Assembly (NCBI GenBank): GCA_010909165.1
Contig: VJWM01000019.1
Location: 1,240,001-1,304,000 of the forward strand
Reading direction: 5' to 3'
Length of the DNA stretch: 64,000 nt
Source: Anthoceros angustus
Lineage: Eukaryota > Plantae > Anthocerotophyta
How positions within the stretch are numbered: position 1 is the first letter of the stretch; the number at the start of each line of letters is the position of its first letter. The notes beneath the pieces were generated by a model, which made no database searches, was not told the origin of the DNA, and worked only from the letters and a program-made list of their open reading frames with translations. Below, in pieces: positions 12,102 through 24,245 of this stretch. Made by a program: the position numbers and the translations under genes.

Positions 12102-13611
12102 ATGGAGCGTGGGACACTGGTTTGCCGGCACGTTACGTACTGCTCTCCTCCTATTGCGTCTGCGCGCTCTTCCGGGACGGTTGCGAAGGTTTGCCTCCGT
12201 TCGTCATTTCATGATGGAGGTGGGGCGTTGCTGAAGAAGCAGAGCATGGTGAAACTGCGGGCCGGCCTGGTACAGAGGGGAATTGTGGCAAGCACGACTG
12301 CTGGGGCTCCAGCCTTGACAGGTCCTGAGCTGGAGTGGTGCTCACTTTTGGGAATTGGTATGGCTTCTCAGCTCTAGGACTAATGTGTGGGCGCGTACGG
12401 GTGCAGAGACAGGAGTGCCAGAGCAGCTGAAAAAATCGCTCCAGGGAATCACAGTTTTGGACCCTTCTGGAACTTCTGTTCCCCTGGAAAGTCTCTGGAA
12501 AGACAGGACTGCTGTGGTGGGATTTGCACGGCATTTTGGGTAAAGATCACGCCGTGGTTCCTCGTTGCAGGAGTGGACTATTGTAGCGGATTCCTTACCA
12601 GCTGGCTTCGCTTGTCGTGGCAGGTGTGTGCTGTGCAGAAAACGAGCTGATTTATTGGCTTCCAGAAAGGTAGGCATGACCAGGAAGTGTGGAGATGGAC
12701 GGCACGCTGTTTGGGTTTCACATCCTCTGCTTTTGGCCATGTGTGATATCAGGCAGAACTGGATGCTGCTGGAGTAGCACTCATTCTGATCGGACCTGGG
12801 AAGCCGGATCAGGTATTGGGTATGCGCTTTTGGTCATGGAGGATTAGGTAGTGTCTGCTAAGGAGCAAAGGAGGTAGTGGGTACTGCTTCTGACCGCTTT
12901 CGCGGGTTTGCTGCGATTGGTCAGGCGAAGAGTTTCCTTCAGCAGACTAACTTCCCTGGAGGTTAGTCCCTCCACCCGCTCCACAGGACCTTCTACCCTA
13001 GCAGCACAAATAATCTCTGAACATTTTGAATTTGTGCTGTCAGAGGTCTACGCCGATCCGTCTCGCTCAACCTATGATGCCTTCCAGTTCGTGTATGGAG
13101 TCTTCACCACGTTCACCCCTAAGGTTATTGTCCAAAATCTTCCTATCAGGGCAAGGTTGTGGGATCCTCATTTTTACGCATGCTGTAATCTTTCTGCCAA
13201 TGGTCTTCAGGCTGGTTTGTCCATCATCAATGCCTACCGTGAAGGGTACCGACAGGATTGGGAGCTCTCCTTCGACACAGAGACTAGGAACACAGGCGGC
13301 TGGTTGGTATCTTTTCTTTTGCGTACTGTAAGAAATGTGTTTTCAAGCACTAAGAGGTTAAAGGACTTCGTTACACTTGCCTTCAGGCAAAATGGTGGGG
13401 TTGTGGTGATTGGACCTGGTACAGATCGCCTTGTTTTCTTACACAAGGTCAGCTCCTCCTCCGATGCAGTAGAGTGATGGTTTTTTTCCCCTCTGCATCC
13501 CCTTCTTCTGGTCGAACCACCTTCTAATTGTTTGGGAAACCAACTCAGGACAAGGAGGCTGGTGATGAGCCAGATATAAACGAGGTCCTGAAGGCGTGTT
13601 GCTCAAAATGA
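12102..13611 (+). CDS. AAED1: Thioredoxin-like AhpC/TSA-domain protein AAED1, chloroplastic
   Basis: Multi-exon gene: transit peptide, then LWKDRTAVVGFARHFG|CVLCRKRAD...LILIGPG...EVYADP...EGYRQDW...GGW|QNGGVVVIGPG...HK|DKEAGDEP...KACCSK*. Confidence 0.9.
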
Positions 13612-14521
13612 GATGTCAAGTTTCCGCTTACCTGAGAGGAGGGGACGAGGACTCTATCCACAGTTCATGCCATTGATTTGTACACACAAGAAAAGAGTAT
13701 GGTGTTGCACAGTTACAGCTAGGGACTGTACATACTGAATGAGAGGGGCCCAACGTATTCAAAGCTAGGTGCTGTGGTGTTGTAACTATAGTGAAACTAT
13801 CATTGTTCATCTTATTCAATTGATTATTTGAATTGTACATCGATCTTCTTCTCCTGGCTTTAGTCTGCGCTCTAGAGGGCGTTATAGCTTTGGATCTTTC
13901 ATGCGCCACGGGATATTTTATGTTTCTTTTTGCTCGTGTACGGTGTGGATTGCACAAGAATTCGCAAAGAAGCACTCATGAGTTTTCCAAGGCAAGGGGA
14001 TGTTATTACATATATATACATATGTGTGTTGTTATATACATATATATAAATCAATTCATATTCTACAATATGGGTTTAACTTGGTCTACAATATGGGTTT
14101 AACGTAGCAAGTCTGTGGCATTATTTTACTTTACATATTTATGAGTTTCCGGTATAAAGTAGGTTGCCTTGTTGACGTGCATTAATAAATTAAGTTGGCT
14201 TTTGAGTGCGTTCTTGGTCTATAATAAACTCTTTAAAAGGTTGCTTTAATAATACAGGTAAAGTCTTAGTCTTAGATTTACAATTTCACATGCATTGTAT
14301 ACTTGTTGGCGTAACATTTTCAAATTGTAACATAACCTTTGGGTAGTTTGAGTTTGATTTATGGTCTTCTAAAACATGTATGATGAAAAGTATATGGAAA
14401 CAAACAAAAACTTGACGCCCACGAAAGTATAGTTTGATCCGTGAATTATAAATGTATTAGGTATACAATAATATTAGTTACATTACATAGCAATGAATTG
14501 CACCTACAGTCCTTACAATTC

Positions 14522-15118
14522 TTACTCATTACTCAATTCGTACTTTTTACTTCTATAGTGTCCCTTTTCTCTGTTGGCTTTAAATTGTACCTGCATAAAT
14601 GCTTCGATTTTTTCCCTTGTGCTTTTGGGTGCTCTTGCACTTACATTTTTTTCTTCTTGCATTTCCCTCTTCCTCTTCTTTGCTTTTTGGATTAGTCCAG
14701 CTATACTTAGCGGTTTTCTTTCTGACACTTCACTTCCAATCACCTCATCTATGGATTTGGGCTCGTCTTCACATAGCGTCATTTTGATGAGCTCTTTTAA
14801 AGACTCTAGTTTGTCTTTAGATCTTGTTGTTCTGATCACGTCATCTATAGATTCTAGATCGTCTTGGGACTTTGTTGTGCCCACTATCGATAGATGCGTC
14901 TCACAGTTGCGTGCCCTAGGCCTCTTCGGTTCACATTCATGTTCTAATGGTAACCTTTGTTGTTCGCATTCTAGAATTGCCCGCTTTCTACTTGCCCGCA
15001 CAGCAAGAGGGCTTCTATCGCCTTTAGAGTTTTCGCTTCTATTTACCTCTTTCGTAAGAGAGTATTGACTATTTTCCTGCAAGATATTCCGATGAACCAT
15101 TTTCAGAGTGTCAAACAT
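14522..15118 (-). CDS. Intronless orphan ORF (198 aa, charged, NLS-like), possibly TE-derived
   Basis: ATG-initiated ORF inside an AT-rich island, with basic clusters (PKRPR, KAKKRKRE) and an internal ESIDDVI/KSIDEVI repeat. No family recognised. Confidence 0.3.
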   Translation of the reverse strand: MFDTLKMVHRNILQENSQYSLTKEVNRSENSKGDRSPLAVRASRKRAILECEQQRLPLEHECEPKRPRARNCETHLSIVGTTKSQDDLESIDDVIRTTRSKDKLESLKELIKMTLCEDEPKSIDEVIGSEVSERKPLSIAGLIQKAKKRKREMQEEKNVSARAPKSTREKIEAFMQVQFKANREKGHYRSKKYELSNE

Positions 15119-15312
15119 TTGTGTGCACCAAAGATAGACTTAGAGTATCTCTATGTAGTAAAGAGGTGGAAGCTACAGGATAAATACCTTATGGTGAAAG
15201 TAGTGATAACAATAAATAATAGAATCCTTTATATAGAAATAATATTTTATACTAAAAGCTTTATTGATATAGACTGAATTATTACAATTATAGTCAGCTA
15301 AACAATTAACTA

Positions 15313-15600
15313 TGTTCAGACTTGGAAGGCCGAATGTTAAGTTCAGACTTGGAAGGCCGAATGTTTGTTATAACGAATTGAGACTTGGAAGTCCGAATGT
15401 CAACAAGTTCAAACTTGGAAGGCCGAATGTTTGTTATAACGAATTGAGACTTGGAAGTCCGAATGTCAACAAGTTCAAACTTGGAAGGCCGAATGTTTGT
15501 TATAACGAATTGAGACTTGGAAGGCCGAATGTCAACAAGTTCAAGCTTGGAAGGCCGAAAGTTAACAAAGTTCAGAGTTCAGAGTTGGAAAGCCGAATGC
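15313..15600. repeat. Higher-order tandem array: 66-bp unit (36+30) x3, ~9 copies of core ACTTGGAAG(G/T)CCGAATGT
   Basis: Unit starts at 15360, 15426 and 15492, with partial or degenerate cores on both sides. Confidence 0.9.
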
Positions 15601-18600
15601 AACTCGACCCTGCTGGCTGATCGTGGCCGCATGACCTGAACACGACCAACTGAAACCGGTCTATGCTGTAGCGAGTCCGGAATCGGGGTCAGCAGATGAC
15701 CATCTTCACTTAGGTAGTAGAAGTTGAAATTGATCCGAGTTACAAGGTCCGCCAAATGAGGGAAGTGCCCGATATTTAACTTAAACGACAGCACCTGTCA
15801 GAGAACAAAGGGGCATCAGGAGTGCAAAACAGCAAGAAACGCGACATATATGTCGACTGCTACACAACAAAAACCCTTGTACCCTGAGCAAGAAAACCAT
15901 GCACTCGTCGAACTGCTTTCCAATTCGCTCGATCTCGGAGTGACATCTTGCAGGCACCGCCGGAGCTGTAGCATCGTCGGATAACGAACGCTGAATAGAG
16001 TAGAAGTCAAGAGCAAGCCCCAAAATGGTCTTCACTCGACTGGCTATCAGAGTCCACTGCCAAGCCCAAAACATTCGAGGCAGCCGTTAGACGTATGGTG
16101 GCACAGTGACAGACCGACCCAATCAACCATGCCCATCCAAAACCGTCTGTACCAGCTTATCTGGAGCGATGAGACACTGTCGTTGTAATGAAGCAAGGTA
16201 GGCATCATGACAGGCAATAACTTCATCCAGGGACCCTGCAAGAGACATCCCTTCACAGAGCTCCACCCACGCACTGTGTAGAACCTAATATCCAAACGCC
16301 AGTGGACAAGCTATAGACAATCAGCACACGTCTCCCGCTTGAGAACCAACAGCAGGGATGGTTTTGGAGAAACCATACTCTGTCCATCACATATTGATGG
16401 AGAGTGTTAACAAAATGCATTAACTTGTGTTGCAACAGGAGCCATCTTTTGTTAGTAGCCGCATATCCACCCCCATCCTGCACAAGGGATCCCGCAGAAT
16501 CTCAGGCCTTTCCGAGCATTCCAAACAAAAAACTACCTTCTATTTACGAAAGGATGAGAATTCGGGGAGATTTTTTTTCACGAATGCAGAAGAGAGTAAT
16601 GATGTTCCAATCCAGACACAGGTAACTCTAGTTGGTGCGCTCCGACGGCAAGGATGGAGTTTCCAACCGACCTTCCATGTGAATCGACAAGCTTTGTCTA
16701 GAACATGTTTGGCGCGCTTGACTTTTAATAAGAATGCCATCACCTGCACATTTTTCGTCACCAGCTTAGAAGCTCGCACAGCCTCACATTCCATGTCCAA
16801 GCATGCATCTCAAGTGCTCAGACCACTCAAGACTGTACAGCATGTTAAAAATTGCTCACCTGATTGTACCTCTTTATGGAATTCGTATCTATAATAAGCT
16901 CAAGCGGCCAAGCCACCTGCTAAAGGTTGCAGAGGAACATTAGATTGGTGATATCCCTGGCAAACAAACTGCTAGATGAAAAAAATGGGAACAGAAAGAC
17001 TACTAAGCAGCCAAAACATGCCTTGTAGACAAAGCACATGCGGTCTAAAGTGTCAATCCCATGCACCACAGTTCGGCCTAACAGCTGTGAGGTAGCCATG
17101 GCTTGCTCATGTGGCACAGTTGACAGGGGATCGACTTCTACAAACAGAGAATCCAAAGCTGGTAGTGCCACTTCAGTAGCTGAGCTGCGCATTGACTCCT
17201 GAAGAGCAACAATCAGAAAATCTACGGACAAGGGCAAACCCACAAGCTCCAAAATCTCAACGTCAGGAGACAAGACCTGCAACATAGTGTTTAGCTCATA
17301 GTAGTCATCCCATGGGTCCCCGCGATCTAGCTTATTAAAGAGGACTGTGGAGAACTGCTGTAACAGGTCCCCTGATAGGCACAGCACATATGTCAGGACT
17401 GCTGGCAGCCATCATGGCTTAATTATACCTGCACCCGTGACACTCATAAACTGAAGCATCAGGTGTCAAACTCACCGCAGCCTACTAAGTAGATAGTTCG
17501 TAGAAGTGCTAGTTCTTCCATTAGATGCCATTCCCCCATGAGCCGCTGCAGGAGTTGCTGGCCAACAACTTCCACCTGGTGAGACGCAGTGACACAAGAG
17601 ATTAGATTGACTGACTGCTCACCTAACAATAAAGTTAGACACAGACAGCAACGAGTCAGACCTTTCTGCTAGTCATCTTGCAAGCAAACATCAGTGTAGG
17701 ATACCTGTCTATCTGTTGCTGCAAGCAAACACTCTTGCATCAGGATTGCAGGAGATGGCGAGGAGATCAAATTTGCATCTTGAAACCAGTTGAGTACTTT
17801 GGGTATGAGCAGGTCTTGCACCTTAGTAGAAGTTACTTCAGAGAGAAGGAAACTCTCCTGCAGTGTCAATTAACCGTGTCAACTTGCAATAAACCACAAA
17901 GAGTGCAGTACAAGGGTCTCAAGGCTATAACAGCTAGCAGGCACTAGTTGCATTTCCATCTGCGATTCACTGAGTGTCTTGTACTCCAGCTCATCATACT
18001 TGGATATATTACTTGTCCAGGAGCAGATGCATTATATGAGAATCGTCTACCTTCGTACCCGATAATAAGGCAGAAGCGTGGGATATGGCAACAGCTGTGT
18101 CAACCACCCTGTGTCTTCTTCAGCAGCAAATGGGGCTCCAGAAGTGTTCTGCCATATTTTGATACCATCCAGGGCAGGTAATCTATCCTGTCTTGCAATG
18201 TTCAATCTACCATCCCAAAAATCGCCTTGACCGGGTTCCACCTGTGCAAAGGGCAGCTGCTTGCCTCCAGGCAACCACTGGATCTCACGGGTAGAAACAG
18301 ACTGCACAAACTCAAGGGCTTTCTCTCCTACCAACCTATGCAAGGAGAGAAGAAATTCTTCAAACAATGATGCCTGTTGAAGAAGCCCATCCACTCTCAA
18401 ATCCTGGAACAAATCAATTTTCCTGGAGTGAGAAATATTTTCAGATACAGCTTTTGGAAGGTGCCAGTTCCTATTAGAAATCCTCCTCTTTGGTGGGCTT
18501 GAGAGTAGTAGAAACCTTAGGGGATGAGGGTATGGATGTCTCATCAGCATTCAGATGCAGCACTTGGTCGTGGCGTTGAGTAAAATGGCGAGAGGCAAAT

Positions 18601-20225
18601 TGGAGGAGCTGTAAGGACTTTCCAGCCGATAGTATGGCCTTTGCATAAGGGTGGAGAAAGACTGGACACACAATATCTTGGGAACTAGCATTTGGCCCGA
18701 GCGACTTGCGAAAGAAGTCATCCATCTTGTTGGATACTTTCTGAGCAAATCTTGCCTTAGGCGTGACAGTTTCCAGGTAAAAAGAAGAGAGTGTGCCAAA
18801 AATGTGAGCAGATGGTTGTCCTGGCTCCTTTGCTGCCAACTGTGTCGTTTGCTCAAAATCGACTTCGGCAGAATGGGTGCGTAGTGTGTACCCATGCAAC
18901 CAAAAGGCATCGTTCTCCACAGTAACTCTCCCATCCGTGTAGAAGAAGAGCTGGAAAACAAGAGGTATAATTAGTGACCGTGTACGTGAAGGCTGGTTCA
19001 CAACAATCACCTGAGAGGAGCAGGTCTGAAAGCTTGGTGTTGTGATAGACAAGGGTCGAACATTGAGCTTCAAGGACAAAGAAAGTCCAGGAAAGTCTAT
19101 TACCTCGCCAGCTGCGTCGTTGAGAAGGCCTTCATGAAGCCAGGTGTGCAGTGAACTTGCCAAGGGTTGCAAGCTTCCAACAAAAAGTAATAGCAGAGTC
19201 CTGTAAGCTTGCGCCTGAATTAACGTGCACCCACACGCTGAGAACTGCACTAAAGTCAAAGCACGCGAAAGACAGCGGCCGACGGCAGATGCAACATACC
19301 TCTCCATCCTGAATGAGGCAAAACTCATTGAGCTCAATGTAGAGAGCCGACAGGATATGTGAGGCCAACTCCGCAGCAGAGAAGAGCTTCCCTGAAGATC
19401 CAGTATAATCTGGAATGGCCGTCATCACAGCATGTTCGAGAAACGCCGCACCTGAAGAAACCCTACCACATCAAAGTCAGTGCATGCAGCGAGATTGAGG
19501 AAGATTCACGAACACGACAATGGAATGTAGAAATCCCCAATCAGATCTGCAAAGAGAATGTTGTCACCAGGACAAGTCCGAAGCTACGCTCAAAAGAGTA
19601 ACCGAAAGTCCTGCTGGTGGTGCATTTGCGGCTTCCAGCTCCTTCTCAGAAGCAGCCTTTCGAAGGAACTGCAAAAGCGAAATTGAGACTTGATCAGAGT
19701 GAAGACGCACAGGCGGCAGAAATTCTGGGAGGCCGGGTGACCAACCTGGAGCCGCATGGACACAACATGTGCAAACGCTTGCAGTGTCGGAAAAGGCTGA
19801 GCCGGAGATTGCTGACAGCCAGCAGTTGCAACTTTTGTGACAAACAAATCCATTCTTCGCAAGCTGGAGGCGGCAGCAAGAAATGGCATGAACAGCTTGT
19901 ATAAGCTGGACTGTGACAAGTGCGGAAGGCGCACTCCCTTTCGGACATAGAATGCTTGAGCAGCTTCATCCCAAGGGAGGTTGTGGCTTTGAAATCCTTG
20001 AAGCATGCGTAGTAAGTCCGTCACCTACGACAGAAGAGATTCCTGCTCAGTTCAACGAGTACATCAACGAGCCAGCTCGCCATTTGGAGGAGCTGAGGAA
20101 CGGGTACAAACCAGAGCGCCTTCCGTGATTGTGCCAGAGTGCTTGGAGGTGGCGAAGGGAAGTGACTCGGCCCGAAGATGGTCGACGCGCTGCATCAAAC
20201 AGAGGCCACCGTGGTGTGCGGCCAT
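15579..20225 (-). CDS. GCP5: Gamma-tubulin complex component 5
   Basis: Multi-exon. N-terminus ESLPFATS..|VTDLLRMLQGFQS..WDEAAQAF..HLSQSSL..PTLQAFA; C-terminus ILGLALDFYSIQ..RC..EIERIGKQFDECMVFLLR|VLSFKLNIGHFPHLADLVTRINFNFYY. Confidence 0.9.
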
Positions 20226-20409
20226 CGCAGGAGGCCGGCAGACTCAGAAGCTTTCGCAGCAGTTTTGGGCGGGAAAAAAACAGAAGACGTCGTTGGTCGT
20301 GTGCTTTAGTTGACGTGATTTTCAGATCTCGTTTCAGACGTGCCAAAAGGCTCCTTACAGACAGTACACAAACAGCGAGAGACGAGTCTCACACAGAAGC
20401 TCACTGACC

Positions 20410-23400
20410 TTAGTTGGCATAGATATGTCTGCTTTCAGGGTGGCCTTGATCTCCCGCCACAAATACATGGGAGTTCCCTCTCAAGTCCGTCCACCAACTC
20501 CGACCTCGTTCCTTCCAGGCTTGAGAATCGACTCTCATGGCCTGAATCTTCTTAGCTTCCTCTGGCAAGTGAGCAGCCTCATAGATGTTGGACATCAAAA
20601 CATATGCTGCAGCATCACTTTTACTTATCTCCACAGCACATTCGAATGCATGTCTCCCAAGCTCAACATTTCCCCACTTTTGGCAAGCACTCAAAACACA
20701 TTTCCAGGAGGCGATATCAGGTTGTAAGGGCATCATCTTCACGATGTTCATGGCATTCCTGACTTGGCCTGCACGGCCAAATAGATCAACTACACAGTTG
20801 TAGTGTTGGATAGTTGGAGTGATGCCATAGTCTCTGCTCATAGCCTCGAAATACTTCTGGCCCATTTCCACTAAGCCCACGTGACTGCATACACTGAGAA
20901 CACCTAGAAACGTGATGTCGTTGGGATGGACGCCTTCCTGGTTCATCCTGCTGAACAAGTGAAAGACAATCTCACTGTCTCCTTGACGGGCATATCCCAA
21001 GACCAGGGCATTCCATACCACGATGTCTGTGGTGGGTACTGCATCAAACACCCGCTGTGCATCAACCATGCTCGAACACCTGCCGTACATGTCGATTAGA
21101 CTGCTTGTCACAAAGGAGGCACCTTCCAGGCCAGCTTCTAGTATCTGGGCATGTATTTCCTTCCCCTTCTCCAGTCCGGCGATGCTACCACATGCATTGA
21201 GTGCTGCAACGAACGTTCGGTGGTTGGGGACAAGACCTTCTTGTTGCATCCGTGTATACAACAGCAAAGCCTCGTTACCCTGCTCCATCTGGGCATAGCC
21301 CAAGATCATGATGTTCCAGGAAACCAGATCCCGATGGGGTATGTTCTCAAATACTTGCCGAGCTTTCTCCAGGCTCCCACATTTTGCATATGCCTCGACT
21401 AGCACGTTCCCAACAAATGCATTCCACGTGAACTTCGCATTATCCATATCGGTGTGGATCGCTTCAACAGCTTCCAGGCACTGGTTTTTCAGGACTGTTC
21501 CATTGTTGACTTGTCTCCTCCCCAATTCTGCGATGGCACTGCAAGCCTTAAGTGCACCAGCATAAGCCCTGTCATCCGGAACCACAGCTTCCCGTTGCAT
21601 CCGTTTGTACAGTTCCAAGGATTCCTCACCCTTGTCCATTTGGGCATAGCTCAATATCAATGTGGTCCAGGAAACCACGTCACGACGGGGCATCTTCTCA
21701 AACAACTCCCTTGCTTTCTCCAAGCTCCCACATTTTGCATAGGCCTCGATCAGCATTGTCCCCAGTATTACATCTGCCTCAAACCCCTTTTTAACAATAT
21801 CTGCATGCATAACCATCAGAGTTTCCAAGCATTGTTTTCTCACAAGCACCCCGTCACCACCATTCCTCTCCCCTGATTCGGCAAGAGTACTGCAAGCCTT
21901 CAATGCACCAACATACGTCCGGATGTTTGGTACCACACCTTCTTGTTGCATCCTTGTGAACAGCTTTAAGGCTTCGTCACCCTGCTCCAACTGAGAATAG
22001 CCCAAGATGATGGAATTCCACAAAACCACATTACGATGAGGCATTTCCTCAAACACCTGTCGAGCATCATCCAGGCTCCCACTTTTTGCATATGCATCTA
22101 CTAGTGTGTTCACTACAAACACATTCAATCCAAACTTTCCATTTACAAGGTCCGCATGAATAGCTCTCACAGTTTCCAGGCACTGTTTCTTGACAAGTAC
22201 TTCATGGCCACTCTTTTGCTCAAGCTCTGCAATGGAACTGCAGGCAGTAAGAGCGGCAACATATGTTCGGTCGTTGGGGACCACTTCTTCTTGTTGCATC
22301 CGTGTGTACAACTGCAGAGCCACTTCACCCTGCTCCATTTGGGCATACCCCAAGATCATTGCGGACCAGGAAACCACATTACGAGTAGGCATCTCCTCAA
22401 ACACCTGCCGAGAAGTCTCCAAGTCCCCACACTTTGCATATGCATCCACCAGCATAGTCCCTAGAAATACGTCCGAATCAAACTTGCCCTTCACTACTTC
22501 TGCATGGATAGTTCTCACAGTTTCCAGGCACTGCTGTTTCACAAGTACTGCGTCACCTCCATGCTTGTCCACTAGTTCTGCAATGGCACTGCAAGCCTTG
22601 AGTGCACCAACAAATGTTCGGTCATTAGGTCTCACGCCTTCATGTTGCATCCGTGTGTACAATTGCAAAGCCTCTTGCCCCCTTTCCATTTGGGAGTACC
22701 CCAAAATCATGGAATTCCACAAGGCAACGTCCCCGTGAGGTACTCTGTCAAACACCTGCCTAGCATCTTCGAGACTCCCACATTTTGCATACGCATCGAC
22801 TAGCATGTTTGCCACAAATACATCGGACTCAAACTTCCCTTTCACAATGTTGGCGTGGATGCCTTTCACAGATTCCACCAGGCAGCGTTTCTTCACAAGC
22901 ATGTCATCACCTCCATTCCTCTCCACGGATTCTGCCAGGGTACTACAAGCCTTGAGTGCAGCAACATATGTACGGTCGTTGGGTATCACACCTTCCTGCC
23001 TCATTTGCGAGAATAAGAGCAAAGCCTCTTCACCTTTCTCCATCTGAGCATACCCGGATATCATGGCAGTCCAGGACACTACGGTATGAACAGGCATTTT
23101 CTCAAATACCTGTCTAGCGTCCTCAAGGCTCCCACATTTTGAATAAGCATCCACTAGCATGTTCCCCACAAATTCATCTGACGCAAACTTCCCCTTACCA
23201 ATATCTGCATGGATAGCTCTCACAGTTTCAAGGCATTTCTTCCTCACAAGTATTCCATCACGTCCGCCTCTCTCCCTGCATTCTGCTATACTACTGCATG
23301 CCTTGAGAGCACCAACGTACGTTCTGTTACTTGGTACCAGACCACATTGTCGCATTCTAGCAAACAATTGCAAAGCGTCTTCACCCTTCTCCGTCTGAGC

Positions 23401-24071
23401 ATACCCTATTATCAGCGTGTTCCAGGCAATCACATCACGATGAGGCATCTCCTCAAACACCTTTCTAGCATCCTTCAGGCTCCCACACTTGGAGTAAGCA
23501 TTCACAAGCATGCTGCTCACATATAAATTATCCTCGACGCCGCTTCGAACAACGTCTGCATGAATCTCCCTAGCACTTCTTAGGTCCTGCAAGCTGCTGC
23601 ATGCTTTCAACAGAGAAACAAATGTGTGTGCGTTTGGTATCACTCCATAGCTCCGCATTTCCTCATACATCTCCAGAGCCAGTCTATTTTGCCCAAGTTT
23701 GACATGCTGCAATATCAGGGCCGCCCAGACATGCTCCCCCTTCTGAGATCCGCATCCACCATCGAAGGTGATGCCATTTCCAACGCTGCCTCTGCCAGCG
23801 TTTATGGACGAGATAGTCCTTTTCAAAGCCTCCGTTATCCATGGTGGTAAAGTCTTCCTTCCCTCTATCCACCGTGCTTCCTCAGGACGGACCTGGTCAT
23901 TGAAAGGCACCTCGAATCGTGAGTGCAACGGTCCCAAACATCAACATCAGAACATTGGTGTTGTAGTTGTCTGCTTACTTTGTCTTCCCTGTAAGCCCAC
24001 CAAATCTGGGCATTGCTCTGCAGCAGCGAATTCCTGGACAAGTCAGTTTTCATGCGACTGAATAATATCAT
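20410..24071 (-). CDS. PLS-class PPR protein (E/E+ type, no DYW), putative organellar RNA-editing factor
   Basis: The 1175-aa ORF of P-L-S triplets has E1/E2 and the PG box KERGRSWWTD..HVFVAGD..HP. It starts at TTG, so the probable first exon is 24071-23979 (ATG, GT donor) spliced in frame to 23892. Confidence 0.92.
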
Positions 24072-24245
24072 GCCAGAAACTCAAAAATGATGCATAGAAA
24101 CGACGACAGCAAACAAATTCAACCACGGCGCTAAGGCAAGCCAGTTGGAGCCCTTGTTCTAGTTCAGGTCACTGGCTGTAACTTCGACATCATCTGCCAG
24201 TGCGGGAAGCAGGAGGATGTTCAGCTGTTTCTGGCTGAAAGCAGT

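Noticed and set aside
15313-15600. CRISPR-like array (constant core with intervening sequences)
   Set aside because: The intervening sequences are short and themselves repeat alternately, no cas genes are present, and the context is eukaryotic.
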